A stretch of DNA of 60,641 bases, filler included. It is 6 parts of 6 records of this genome, joined end to end, with 100 filler letters (N's around TTAATTAATTAA, not from the genome) between each part and the next. Parts side by side here need not be neighbours in the genome. Positions count along the whole stretch, not along the records: positions 38,442 to 54,390 come from DRR723986_10518; positions 54,491 to 60,641 come from DRR723986_10522; 4 more parts are not named here. The stretch is one strand, 5' to 3'. Made by a program: the position numbers and the translations under genes. The notes under the pieces are model-generated. The model was not told the origin of the DNA. It made no database searches and saw nothing but the letters and a program-made list of their open reading frames with translations. Numbering within the stretch: position 1 is the stretch's first letter; every line of letters begins with the position of its first letter. Shown in pieces: positions 49,733-57,959 of this stretch.

Positions 49733-49740
49733 CATCCGAA

Positions 49741-49795
49741 AAATTGTCAGCTGACAATTTCGCCTGACCCGCGGGCGATTGTCAGCTGACAATCG
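49741..49795. promoter_or_regulatory. Two parS centromere-like palindromes of the repABC replicon
   Basis: AAATTGTCAGCTGACAATTT (49741-49760) and CGATTGTCAGCTGACAATCG (49776-49795) at the repC 3' end. The core matches the repABC parS GTTGTCAGCTGACAAC type. Confidence 0.9.
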
Positions 49796-50816
49796 GCGCC
49801 TGCCTCAACCCGCGCACCATGCCCCTGAGGTTCAGCCGCCCTGCCACCGCCCTTTGCCCAAGCGCGCGCAGATAGCCGCCGGGATTGCGGATGTCCGAAA
49901 GCTTTTCCAACATGCAGAGCAAGGCGATGGTCGTCCCGAAGACCCCCATCCTTTCTTGCGATTGCGCATAGGTCTGGCGGTCGATTCCGAGCATCGGAAA
50001 GAGCCTGTCCGCCACCTGCACCGCATCCCGCCAATTGGTCAGATCGGCGCCGAAGTAGCTTCTGTATTCCTTGCAATGCGCCGTCAGATCCGCGAGCGAA
50101 ACCGCGCGGTCCTCGTCCTTCTCTACAGAATCGGATTCATCTGTCTTCTGTATGTGCCGCTCATTTTCGCTGTCAGGGGCGCTCATTTCGGCTGTCGCAG
50201 AGGCGATCTCCCGGGGGTTTTCCACAAGCGTCTCGAGATGGGCCAGCGCGTCGGACAGCATCGCGGAAGAGAGTTTGCGGCGCAGCATCCGGGCTGTCTC
50301 GGACAGGTCCGGGTGATCTTCGGGCAGGCCTTGGTCCAGCAGGGTCACGCGCAGGGCGGCCAGCCGGGCCCGCAGCGCCGCGACGCGGGCGCGTTCCTCC
50401 TCGGCGGCGCGGGCGGCCCGGTCGAGCGCCTCGGCCTCGGCGGCGAGCGGGGACAGGTCGAAGCCGAAGGCCAGCCCGCCGAAGCGCGCAAACCGCTTGC
50501 GATTGGCGCTGTCCTGCCGCCGCAGGACGCCGGCAGAGACGAGCGCCCCCAGATGCCGCCGCAGCGTGCTTTCGGGCATCCCGTTCAGGCGGTCGCAGAG
50601 CGCGCGGTTCGAGGGCCAGACCACCGCCGAACCGGGCACCGAGGGCACCGTCCGCTGGGGATAGAAGCTGAGCAGGGCGCGCAGGACGCCAAGGCTGCGG
50701 TGGTTCAGGCCATAGGCCTCTGCGGCAAGGGTCAGACGGTCCAGCAGCGCCCACTTGTCGGGGTTGGCGCATGGCTCGACCGGCTGCCCGAAGCGGATTC
50801 GGGACATATCCGTCAT
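49782..50816 (-). CDS. repC: Plasmid replication initiator RepC
   Basis: VWPSN.AL..R.NGM.ESTLRRHL, R.DSANRKRF, FGFDLSPL and IRNPGGYLR motifs. Confidence 0.93.
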   Translation of the reverse strand: MTDMSRIRFGQPVEPCANPDKWALLDRLTLAAEAYGLNHRSLGVLRALLSFYPQRTVPSVPGSAVVWPSNRALCDRLNGMPESTLRRHLGALVSAGVLRRQDSANRKRFARFGGLAFGFDLSPLAAEAEALDRAARAAEEERARVAALRARLAALRVTLLDQGLPEDHPDLSETARMLRRKLSSAMLSDALAHLETLVENPREIASATAEMSAPDSENERHIQKTDESDSVEKDEDRAVSLADLTAHCKEYRSYFGADLTNWRDAVQVADRLFPMLGIDRQTYAQSQERMGVFGTTIALLCMLEKLSDIRNPGGYLRALGQRAVAGRLNLRGMVRGLRQAPIVS

Positions 50817-50865
50817 GAATTGTCAGGCGTCAGGCACAAAAAACCCGTCCACCGAATCGGTGGTG

Positions 50866-50954
50866 TTGACAGGATCGGGGGTGGGGCGCTATCTCAAGGG
50901 TGCGAGAAATGAGAGAGCCTTCCGGGACCCTTGTCCTGGGGGGCTTTTTCTTTT
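50866..50954 (+). ncRNA. repB-repC antisense ctRNA (inc-alpha) with its promoter
   Basis: TTGACA (50866)-17 bp-CTATCT, then about 55 nt ending in the AGCCTTCCGGGA/TCCTGGGGGGCT hairpin and TTTTTCTTTT, antisense to the repABC mRNA. Confidence 0.8.
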
Positions 50955-50996
50955 AGCCGTCTGCGTCTGCCTCCTTTTGTCTGCTCGTTGCCTGTT

Positions 50997-51950
50997 TCAG
51001 TCTTCCGTCCGCTCGGCTGTCCAGCGGTCGTGAAGCTCGGTCAGCAGGGCCTCGGCATGGGCATCGACCCAATGTGCGAAGCCTGCGGTGTCGGTGGCGG
51101 GGATGGCCAGCGTCAGCCCCTTGTCGGTGCGCCGCACCCGGGCCAGCCGCGTGCCGTCCCTTGCGGTGACGGAGCGGGCGGGCAGGGCAGGGGCGCGCGC
51201 CGCGGGCGGCGCCTTTTGCATCGTGGCCCATGCCAGCACCTGTTCGAAACGCGCGTCCGAGGTTTCCACCATGGCCAGCGCGGGCAGGCGGTTGGTCACG
51301 CGCTCGGCGCTGTCGGGTTGCTCCATCGCCTGCACCAGCTTCAGCCAGCGTTCGCGCCCGATGCCGGGGGCAGAGCCGATCTGCCGCAAGAGGTCCATCT
51401 CGAAGGCGCGCCCGACCTTGAGCATCCGGCTGACCATGGGCAGGTCGATGGACAGCGCGTCGGCGATGGTCTGGCGGTCGTAGTCCAGCGCCTCGAGCTG
51501 GGCGGCGAAGCTGGCCTTCTCGATGAAGGAGAGGTCCTGCCGAGCGGTGTTCTCCTGCCCCTGCGCCAACACCAGCGCGCGGTCGTCGAGGTGGCGCACC
51601 ATGGCCTTGACCGGCAGGCCGAGGGCGCGCAGCGCGATGACCCGGCGGCGTCCGTAGACGATGTCGTAATGCCCGGGCTGGCCCGCGCGCGGGCGCACCA
51701 GAACCGGCACCTGCTGGCCGTAGGTCTTTAGGCTTTCGCTCAGCGCGCTGTCGGCGGTCTCGTCCGTGCCAAGCCGGTCGGTGACGCCCGCGTCATGGAT
51801 CACGCCGGGGTCGAGGTCCTGCACGGCGCTTTCCTGCAACCGGGTCAGCGAGCTTTGCAGCGCGCCCACGGTGCCGCGCGGGGCAGGGCGGTCGGCGCTG
51901 CGCGCGGGCCGGGCCGCGCCATCGGTGGTCAGGATTCCCTTGCGAGCCAT
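50997..51950 (-). CDS. repB: Plasmid partitioning protein RepB (ParB-like)
   Basis: GQQVPVLVRP, YGRRR, AQGQEN.AR.DLSFIEK and IG.APGIGR.RW motifs. Confidence 0.93.
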   Translation of the reverse strand: MARKGILTTDGAARPARSADRPAPRGTVGALQSSLTRLQESAVQDLDPGVIHDAGVTDRLGTDETADSALSESLKTYGQQVPVLVRPRAGQPGHYDIVYGRRRVIALRALGLPVKAMVRHLDDRALVLAQGQENTARQDLSFIEKASFAAQLEALDYDRQTIADALSIDLPMVSRMLKVGRAFEMDLLRQIGSAPGIGRERWLKLVQAMEQPDSAERVTNRLPALAMVETSDARFEQVLAWATMQKAPPAARAPALPARSVTARDGTRLARVRRTDKGLTLAIPATDTAGFAHWVDAHAEALLTELHDRWTAERTED

Positions 51951-53140
51951 CAGCGCCCCCATCCCTTCTGCAACAAGGCCTCGATCTCGTCGTTGACCGC
52001 GTTGAGCGAATCGATCGCCCGGTCGTAGGTGTTGCGGTGAAAGGCCCCGCGTTCGACCTCGTAGATGGTCTGCTGGGTCAGGCCCGCGTCGGAAATGGCG
52101 GTCGATTTCAGCATCGGAGAGGTCATGACCTCGTCGCCGAACAGCTGGCGGAGGAAGGCCACCACCTGCTGCTGCGGGCCGTCCGAAGGCTCGTATCGGT
52201 TGATGAGGAAGCGCAGGAAGTCGAATTCCATCCGGGCGCCGGCGTTGGACACAACGTCGAGCAGGTCGGCGCTCATCTGCAGGAACTGCGACATGGAGGC
52301 GACGTCGAGCATGTTGGGCACGACGGTGATGAGCACCCCGGTCGAGGCGCAGAGCGCGGCCATGGTCAGGTAGCCCAGCTGCGGCGGGCAGTCGAAGATG
52401 ATGACGTCGTAATCGTCCTCGATCTCTTGCAGGGCGGCGGCCATGCGGGCGTAGAAGGGCGGCTGGATGTTGTTGCGCAGGGCGGTCGGCGTCTCGTGCT
52501 CGAACTCCTGCAGGATCAGCCCGCCGGGGGCGAGGTCGAGACCGGAGAAATAGGTTTTCTGCACGATCTCGGAGAAGGGCAGGGGGTCTTCGTAGCGAAT
52601 GGCGTCGTAGATCGAGCCGGAGTGCAGGAAGTCGACCTCTGGCTGGTAGCCGAACAGGGTCGTGAGGCTGGCCTGCGGGTCGATGTCCACCGCCAGCACC
52701 CGGTAGCCCTTCAGCGCGAGGCGCTGCGCGGTGTGGACCGAAGAGGTGGTCTTGCCCGAGCCGCCCTTGAAGTTGAGGAAGGAAAGCACCTGCACGCGGT
52801 CGCCCGGGCGGCGGCCCTTGAGGTAGCTGCCCCGCGTCTTTGCGGTGTCCTCGAGGCTTTGGCGGATCGCCAGCAGGTCGGCGGCGGAGTAGTGCCTGCG
52901 CCCGCCCGGCGTGGTGTGTACATCCTGTATGCGATCTTCGAAGTGCAGCTTGCGCAGGAAGCTGGGAGAGATCCCGAGCAGGTCCGCCGCCTCTCCGGCA
53001 GAGAACAGCCGCAGCTGCTTGCGCGCGTCGGGGGCGAAGCTTTTGAGCATGTGGCTTTCGAGCGCGCCCGCGAGGTTTTGCGCGTTTTCCCGAATTCGGG
53101 TATTGATATGGACCGGGGTCGTTTCCGTCACCGCTTTCAC
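51950..53140 (-). CDS. repA: Plasmid partitioning ATPase RepA (ParA-like)
   Basis: N-terminal HTH, NFKGGSGKTT, DIDPQASL and DCPPQLGYLT. Confidence 0.95.
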   Translation of the reverse strand: MKAVTETTPVHINTRIRENAQNLAGALESHMLKSFAPDARKQLRLFSAGEAADLLGISPSFLRKLHFEDRIQDVHTTPGGRRHYSAADLLAIRQSLEDTAKTRGSYLKGRRPGDRVQVLSFLNFKGGSGKTTSSVHTAQRLALKGYRVLAVDIDPQASLTTLFGYQPEVDFLHSGSIYDAIRYEDPLPFSEIVQKTYFSGLDLAPGGLILQEFEHETPTALRNNIQPPFYARMAAALQEIEDDYDVIIFDCPPQLGYLTMAALCASTGVLITVVPNMLDVASMSQFLQMSADLLDVVSNAGARMEFDFLRFLINRYEPSDGPQQQVVAFLRQLFGDEVMTSPMLKSTAISDAGLTQQTIYEVERGAFHRNTYDRAIDSLNAVNDEIEALLQKGWGR

Positions 53141-53444
53141 CGCCTCGTCAGAACGCTCTTTTTCGCCAGAGCTTTGTTTTCCGTTTCTTTAGCGAAGAAA
53201 GAGGGGGTCTGGCAACAGATTCTTGTGACGCGCGGGCGTGGAGCGGTCTTTCCGGCCCGTTTCGTGCGGATCGCGGGGGGCCTTGCACGCATCGGCGCGC
53301 GGCCTGATGCGGGGCCAGGACGCGGGATGCGGGTCGCCTGACGCGGGCGACCGGCTGCGGGGGCGGGCCGATCCTGACCGGCGCCGCCGCCATGGCGCGC
53401 CCGCAGGGACGGGCCCTGCGGGTCTTTGGCCTTTGCCGCGCGGG

Positions 53445-54389
53445 CTAGTCCGGGAGGACCAGCGCGCCGCCGTCCAGAAAGGTCTCTATGGCGTCCTTCC
53501 ACGGCGCGGGATCAAGCCCTTGCCGGGCCAGCCAGTCGGGGTTGTAGTAGGTTTCGGCGTAGCGTTCGCCGCTGTCGCAGATCACCGAGACCAGCGATCC
53601 TTCGCGGCCCGCCGCGCGCATCTGCGCGGCGATCCAGCAGGTGCCGAAGAAGTTGGTGCCGGTGGAGCCGCCGACCTTGCGGAACAGGCGGCTGGAGAGA
53701 ACCTGCATCGCCGCGATGGAGGCGACGTCGGGGATGCGGATCATGTGATCGACCACGTCGGGCATGAAGGACGGCTCGACCCGGGGGCGGCCGATGCCCT
53801 CGATCCTTGAGCCCCGGTCGCAGGTCGCGTTGCGGTCGCCGGTCTGGTAACAGTCGAAGAAGGCGGAATATTCCACGTCGACCACGCAAAGCCGGGTCTT
53901 CAGGGTCTTGTAGCGGATGTAGCGCCCCAGCGTGGCGGAGGTGCCGCCGGTGCCGGCGCTCATGACGACCCAGTCGGGGACCGGGTGCGCCTCGTGCTCC
54001 ATCTGCGCAAAGATGCTTTCGGCGATGTTGTTGTTGCCGCGCCAGTCGGTCGCCCGCTCGGCATAGGTGAACTGGTCGAGATAGTGCCCGTTGGTCTCGT
54101 CCGCGATGGCCTGCGCGACGGCATAGACTTCGCCGGGGGCCTCGACGAAATGGCAGCGGCCGCCCATGCCCTCGATATCGGCGATCTTCTGGCGCGAGGT
54201 GCTGCGCGGCATGACCGCGATGAAGGGCAGGTTCAGCAGGCGGGCGAAATAGGCCTCTGAGACGGCGGTCGACCCCGAAGAGGCCTCGACCAGCGTGGTG
54301 CCCTCCGTGATCTGGCCGTTGCAGATGCCATAGAGCACCAGAGAGCGCGCAAGGCGGTGTTTCAGGCTGCCGGTCGGGTGGGTGCTTTC
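53445..54389 (-). CDS. PLP-dependent cysteine synthase-family protein (Cds1 L-cysteine desulfhydrase-like), 5'-truncated
   Basis: [44 protein letters not shown] and [13 protein letters not shown] motifs. Confidence 0.88.
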   Translation of the reverse strand, partial: ESTHPTGSLKHRLARSLVLYGICNGQITEGTTLVEASSGSTAVSEAYFARLLNLPFIAVMPRSTSRQKIADIEGMGGRCHFVEAPGEVYAVAQAIADETNGHYLDQFTYAERATDWRGNNNIAESIFAQMEHEAHPVPDWVVMSAGTGGTSATLGRYIRYKTLKTRLCVVDVEYSAFFDCYQTGDRNATCDRGSRIEGIGRPRVEPSFMPDVVDHMIRIPDVASIAAMQVLSSRLFRKVGGSTGTNFFGTCWIAAQMRAAGREGSLVSVICDSGERYAETYYNPDWLARQGLDPAPWKDAIETFLDGGALVLPD

Positions 54390-54390
54390 A

Positions 54391-54490
54391 NNNNNNNNNN
54401 NNNNNNNNNNNNNNNNNNNNNNNNNNNNNNNNNNTTAATTAATTAANNNNNNNNNNNNNNNNNNNNNNNNNNNNNNNNNNNNNNNNNNNN
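54391..54490. other. Artificial contig spacer
   Basis: N44-TTAATTAATTAA-N44. Confidence 0.99.
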
Positions 54491-55054
54491 GGCCAGCACC
54501 AGATGTGGGCCGCGCAATACCTCGGCTTCGAAGACCCGAACCGCTGGATGACCTCGGGCGGTCTGGGGACGATGGGCTACGGCTTCCCGGCCTCCATCGG
54601 CGTGCAGATGGCCCACCCCGAGGCGCTGGTCATCAACGTCGCCGGAGAGGCGTCCTGGCTGATGAACATGCAGGAAATGGGCACGGCGGTGCAGTACCGC
54701 CTGCCGGTCAAGCAGTTCATCATGAACAACGAGCGTCTGGGCATGGTGCGCCAGTGGCAGCAGCTTCTGCACGGCGAGCGCTATTCGCAAAGCTGGTCCG
54801 AGGCGCTGCCGGACTTCGTCAAGCTGGCCGAGGCCTTCGGCGCAAAGGGCATCCTCTGCAAGGACCCCGCCGATCTGGACGACGCGATCATGGAGATGAT
54901 CGAGCACGACGGCCCGGTGATCATGGACTGCCTCGTCGAGAAGCACGAGAACTGCTTCCCGATGATCCCGTCGGGCGAGCCGCACAACAAGATGCTGCTC
55001 GGCGACGCCAAGGCCACCAACGCCATCGCCGGCAAGGGCGCGGTGCTGGTGTAA
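54491..55054 (+). CDS. ilvI: Acetolactate synthase large subunit, 3' part
   Basis: GQHQMWAAQ, TSGGLGTMG, GEAS..MN...NN TPP motif and GMVRQWQ. Confidence 0.95.
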   Translation, partial: GQHQMWAAQYLGFEDPNRWMTSGGLGTMGYGFPASIGVQMAHPEALVINVAGEASWLMNMQEMGTAVQYRLPVKQFIMNNERLGMVRQWQQLLHGERYSQSWSEALPDFVKLAEAFGAKGILCKDPADLDDAIMEMIEHDGPVIMDCLVEKHENCFPMIPSGEPHNKMLLGDAKATNAIAGKGAVLV

Positions 55055-55062
55055 GGGTAGGA

Positions 55063-55092
55063 AGCGCCCGGGCCGAAAGGTCCGGGCGTTTT
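55063..55092 (+). terminator. Intrinsic terminator after ilvI
   Basis: AGCGCCCGGGCC-GAAA-GGTCCGGGCGTTTT. Confidence 0.85.
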
Positions 55093-55273
55093 CGATTCCC
55101 TTGAGATGTCGACGTCGACCATACGGCGCTTTTCTGACACTGCTCGGTAAATGCGAGGCCACCGCGATGCACGCTCGCATTATGCAGCTTGTCAGCGAAA
55201 GCCGGTGTTTACCTCGTACCATGCATTGCACAATATAATGAGTTTCAGTCCGTGATGCCTTTGCCGAAAGGCA

Positions 55274-56239
55274 TCAACGCATATCATCGAACTCTGACTC
55301 CAGTTGACGGTATACTTCAGCAAGCCGGGGGTCCGCATCCAGTTTTGCCTGAAGGCTTTTCAACTTCCGCTCGGTTCTTCGAGCCACCATCTCGCGGTCT
55401 GCTTTCATTTTCATCGCTGCGTATTTATTGAATTTCTCCAGTCGCGGCCTCAGTTTCGCAACCCCCGCGGTCATTTGATCAAAACCATTCTCCACTGCCT
55501 TGAGAGCCCCCGAGGCGTGGGCGTCGGGTTGCGCCACCGGCTTCACTCCAGCATCGTGGATCTTGATCGCTTGAATGCGGTTCATCCTGGCCTTCGCCTT
55601 ACGGGCCAGCCAGCCAGAGCGCAGGTTGCGGACCTGCTTGATGGCCTCATCGGGCTTGTAAAGCGTGACCTTCGCGGGAATTCGCAGAATTTCGTATCCC
55701 TTCGCAGCCAACTCCTTGTCACGCTGAGCGTCGCGCGCGATGGCTTCAGGCGATGAATGCCATTGCGCGCCGTCGACTTCGACGATCAGGCCGTCGTCGA
55801 TGAGGAAGTCGAGACGGTACTTCATCACGGGCACCTGCATCCGGAGGGCCAGCCCGTCGCCAAGCAACCGCCCTTTGTCCGGCCTCAGTTGAAATGCCGA
55901 GATCATCGCGTCGAGGAAAGCGACTTCTGCCGGAGATTCGCAACGTTTCTGGAAATGCCGCTGCCAGTGCTCATCTTCATCGGTCACCGTTTCAAGGATG
56001 TCGGGCGGACGCGGACTTGCGTCATCCTTTGGCGCGATCCACATCGTAACGCCCCATATGACTGCAAGCTGCAACAGGATAAGCGGGGATGCGAAAACGA
56101 AGGCGAGCGTGAAGACGGTCCAGCCGCATGCGACCCAGAAAAGCCAGTCTGGCTTATTGAAGGCGGCCCCCAATATCCGGGCCGCGACCAGAGAAACCGC
56201 AATCGTCAGTTGGAACCCAATTATTGCCAGTGAAATCAC
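55274..56239 (-). CDS. Membrane-anchored DUF559/Vsr-like endonuclease-domain protein
   Basis: N-terminal 2-3 TMs, then ESPAE...Q....YRLDF...IVEVDG..WH...RD..RD..L..GY..LR (DUF559), then a basic helical tail. Confidence 0.82.
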   Translation of the reverse strand: MISLAIIGFQLTIAVSLVAARILGAAFNKPDWLFWVACGWTVFTLAFVFASPLILLQLAVIWGVTMWIAPKDDASPRPPDILETVTDEDEHWQRHFQKRCESPAEVAFLDAMISAFQLRPDKGRLLGDGLALRMQVPVMKYRLDFLIDDGLIVEVDGAQWHSSPEAIARDAQRDKELAAKGYEILRIPAKVTLYKPDEAIKQVRNLRSGWLARKAKARMNRIQAIKIHDAGVKPVAQPDAHASGALKAVENGFDQMTAGVAKLRPRLEKFNKYAAMKMKADREMVARRTERKLKSLQAKLDADPRLAEVYRQLESEFDDMR

Positions 56240-56815
56240 TGAAATCTCCGATGCAAAAGGTCGTAGTCCATGCCTGTGTTGTTCAGGTTTGTGTTCATTC
56301 TAAGAAAGTCATCAGCCCATCTTCTGGCGCGGTCGGTCGTGCCAACGCGATAGGTGACTGTTGCTGTGGGTCCAGACCTGCTGAAATGCCTTTACGATCG
56401 TTCCCTCAACCGCAAAGGCTGGCAAATCCGGGCTGACCCCGGCAGGGCTGCGGCCCGCGCCGACATGGCCCATACTCCCGCGCGGCCCAGCCTTAACCTC
56501 GCCTCGCGGTCTTGAGCGCATAGTTGGCCGATGAGCGATACCACCGTCACGCAGGGCGGGGGGACAAGGGCCGCGTCGGCGTACCGACCGCGAGCCCCAA
56601 GAGGACGGGCATCGACAGCGCAAGACTGCGCCGATGCGGCCCCGCGCTCCATCGGACGGCTGAAGCCGTCAGGCGCTGGGGCAGCGCACAAATCCCTGTC
56701 GCATCGGGGGATTGCGGCCCTAGATACCCTGAACGACAAGCACAGGCGTCGGCCCGAAGGCCCGGCGCGCAGGACGCCGGGGGCCGAAGCCCCGGCCAAG
56801 GGTCAGAGAGGCAGC

Positions 56816-57757
56816 ATGGCTGAACGCAAGCCGACGGAACCGGGCCGCGATGCCGTCATCACCCACGGCATCGTCACCGACAACCCGGACGCCCTGTTGC
56901 AGGGCACCGGCTGGCGCGCGGTCTGGGGGATCCTGCGCGAGGCCGGGCTGCGGCTCTGGAGCGACGATGCCTTCGGTCTTGCGGGAAACGTCGCCTTCCG
57001 CGTGCTTCTGGCGGTCTTTCCCTTTCTCATCTTCACCTCCTCGCTGGCCGCCTTCATCGGCAGCAAGGGCATGGCCGAGGACCTGATCGCATTCCTCATC
57101 GCCATCGTCCCGGCGACGCTGATCGAACCCATCGTCTCCGAGGTCGAGCAGGTCATGACGGTCCAGCGCGGAGGCGTGCTCTCCGTCGGTATCCTGCTGA
57201 CCATCTGGTTCGCGCTCGGCGGCGTCGACGGCGTGCGGGTCGGGCTCAACCGGGCCTATGGCGTGCGCGAGACGCGGGCGTGGTACGTGCTTTATCCGCT
57301 GATGGCCTTCATGGTGCTGCTGGCAAGCATGGTGCTGGTGGTGGTGGGCTATCTTCTGGTCATCGCACCGCGGGCGGGCTCGTGGCTGCACATCCTGTTT
57401 CCCGGCTTCGATCCTTCCTCCGTCACGGTGCGCCTCGTCCGCTATCCGGCAGCGGCGCTCATCCTCGTGTCCTCGCTGCTTCTGGCGCATGTCTTCCTGC
57501 CGGCGCGGCGCACGCGGTTCTCCTCGATCTATCCCGGCGTGCTCTTCACCGTCGCCACGTGGAGCGCGCTGACGGCGGCCTTCTCCTACTACCTCGCGCA
57601 TTTCGCCACCTACGCCAGCTATTACGGCGGCCTCGCGGGGATCATCGCGGCGCTGTACTTTCTGTATCTGGCCGCGCTGGTCCTCATCTTCGGGGGAGAG
57701 TTGAACCGCGCGATCCGTATTCGCCGCCTATCGCGCGTCATGCGCGGCGAGGGATGA
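56816..57757 (+). CDS. YihY/virulence factor BrkB-family membrane protein
   Basis: AF..LLAVFPFLI, LNRAYGV.E.R, PG and YGGLAGII...FGGELN motifs, with a GAGAGG RBS. Confidence 0.9.
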   Translation: MAERKPTEPGRDAVITHGIVTDNPDALLQGTGWRAVWGILREAGLRLWSDDAFGLAGNVAFRVLLAVFPFLIFTSSLAAFIGSKGMAEDLIAFLIAIVPATLIEPIVSEVEQVMTVQRGGVLSVGILLTIWFALGGVDGVRVGLNRAYGVRETRAWYVLYPLMAFMVLLASMVLVVVGYLLVIAPRAGSWLHILFPGFDPSSVTVRLVRYPAAALILVSSLLLAHVFLPARRTRFSSIYPGVLFTVATWSALTAAFSYYLAHFATYASYYGGLAGIIAALYFLYLAALVLIFGGELNRAIRIRRLSRVMRGEG

Positions 57758-57959
57758 TCGCCCTCGAGAGGGCAGGCGCCCGGACCCCCCGACGCCCGGT
57801 CTGCGGCGCGTCGCCCAGAGCCACCGCCGCTTCCGGGCCCCTGTCCCACGGCCCCGCAAGCCCCGGTTGGCCGCCGCAAACACTCCGACGCGCCGGGCCG
57901 CCCGCCACGACCGCCCCGAACCGTGCCCCGAACCGCCAAGCCATGGCCGCCGCGGCCCG

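Noticed and set aside
53250-53445. Cluster of GC hairpins between the cysteine synthase-family gene and repA
   Set aside because: Short stems are expected by chance at this GC content or as a terminator, and there is no larger consistent architecture.
55225-55240. TATAAT as an antisense promoter/type I antitoxin-like RNA at the DUF559 3' end
   Set aside because: There is no correctly spaced -35 element and the sequence is locally AT-rich, so it is unsupported without transcript data.
56531-56815. 95-aa N-terminal extension of YihY
   Set aside because: It is a low-complexity GC-rich open frame, and the ATG at 56816 has a better RBS.
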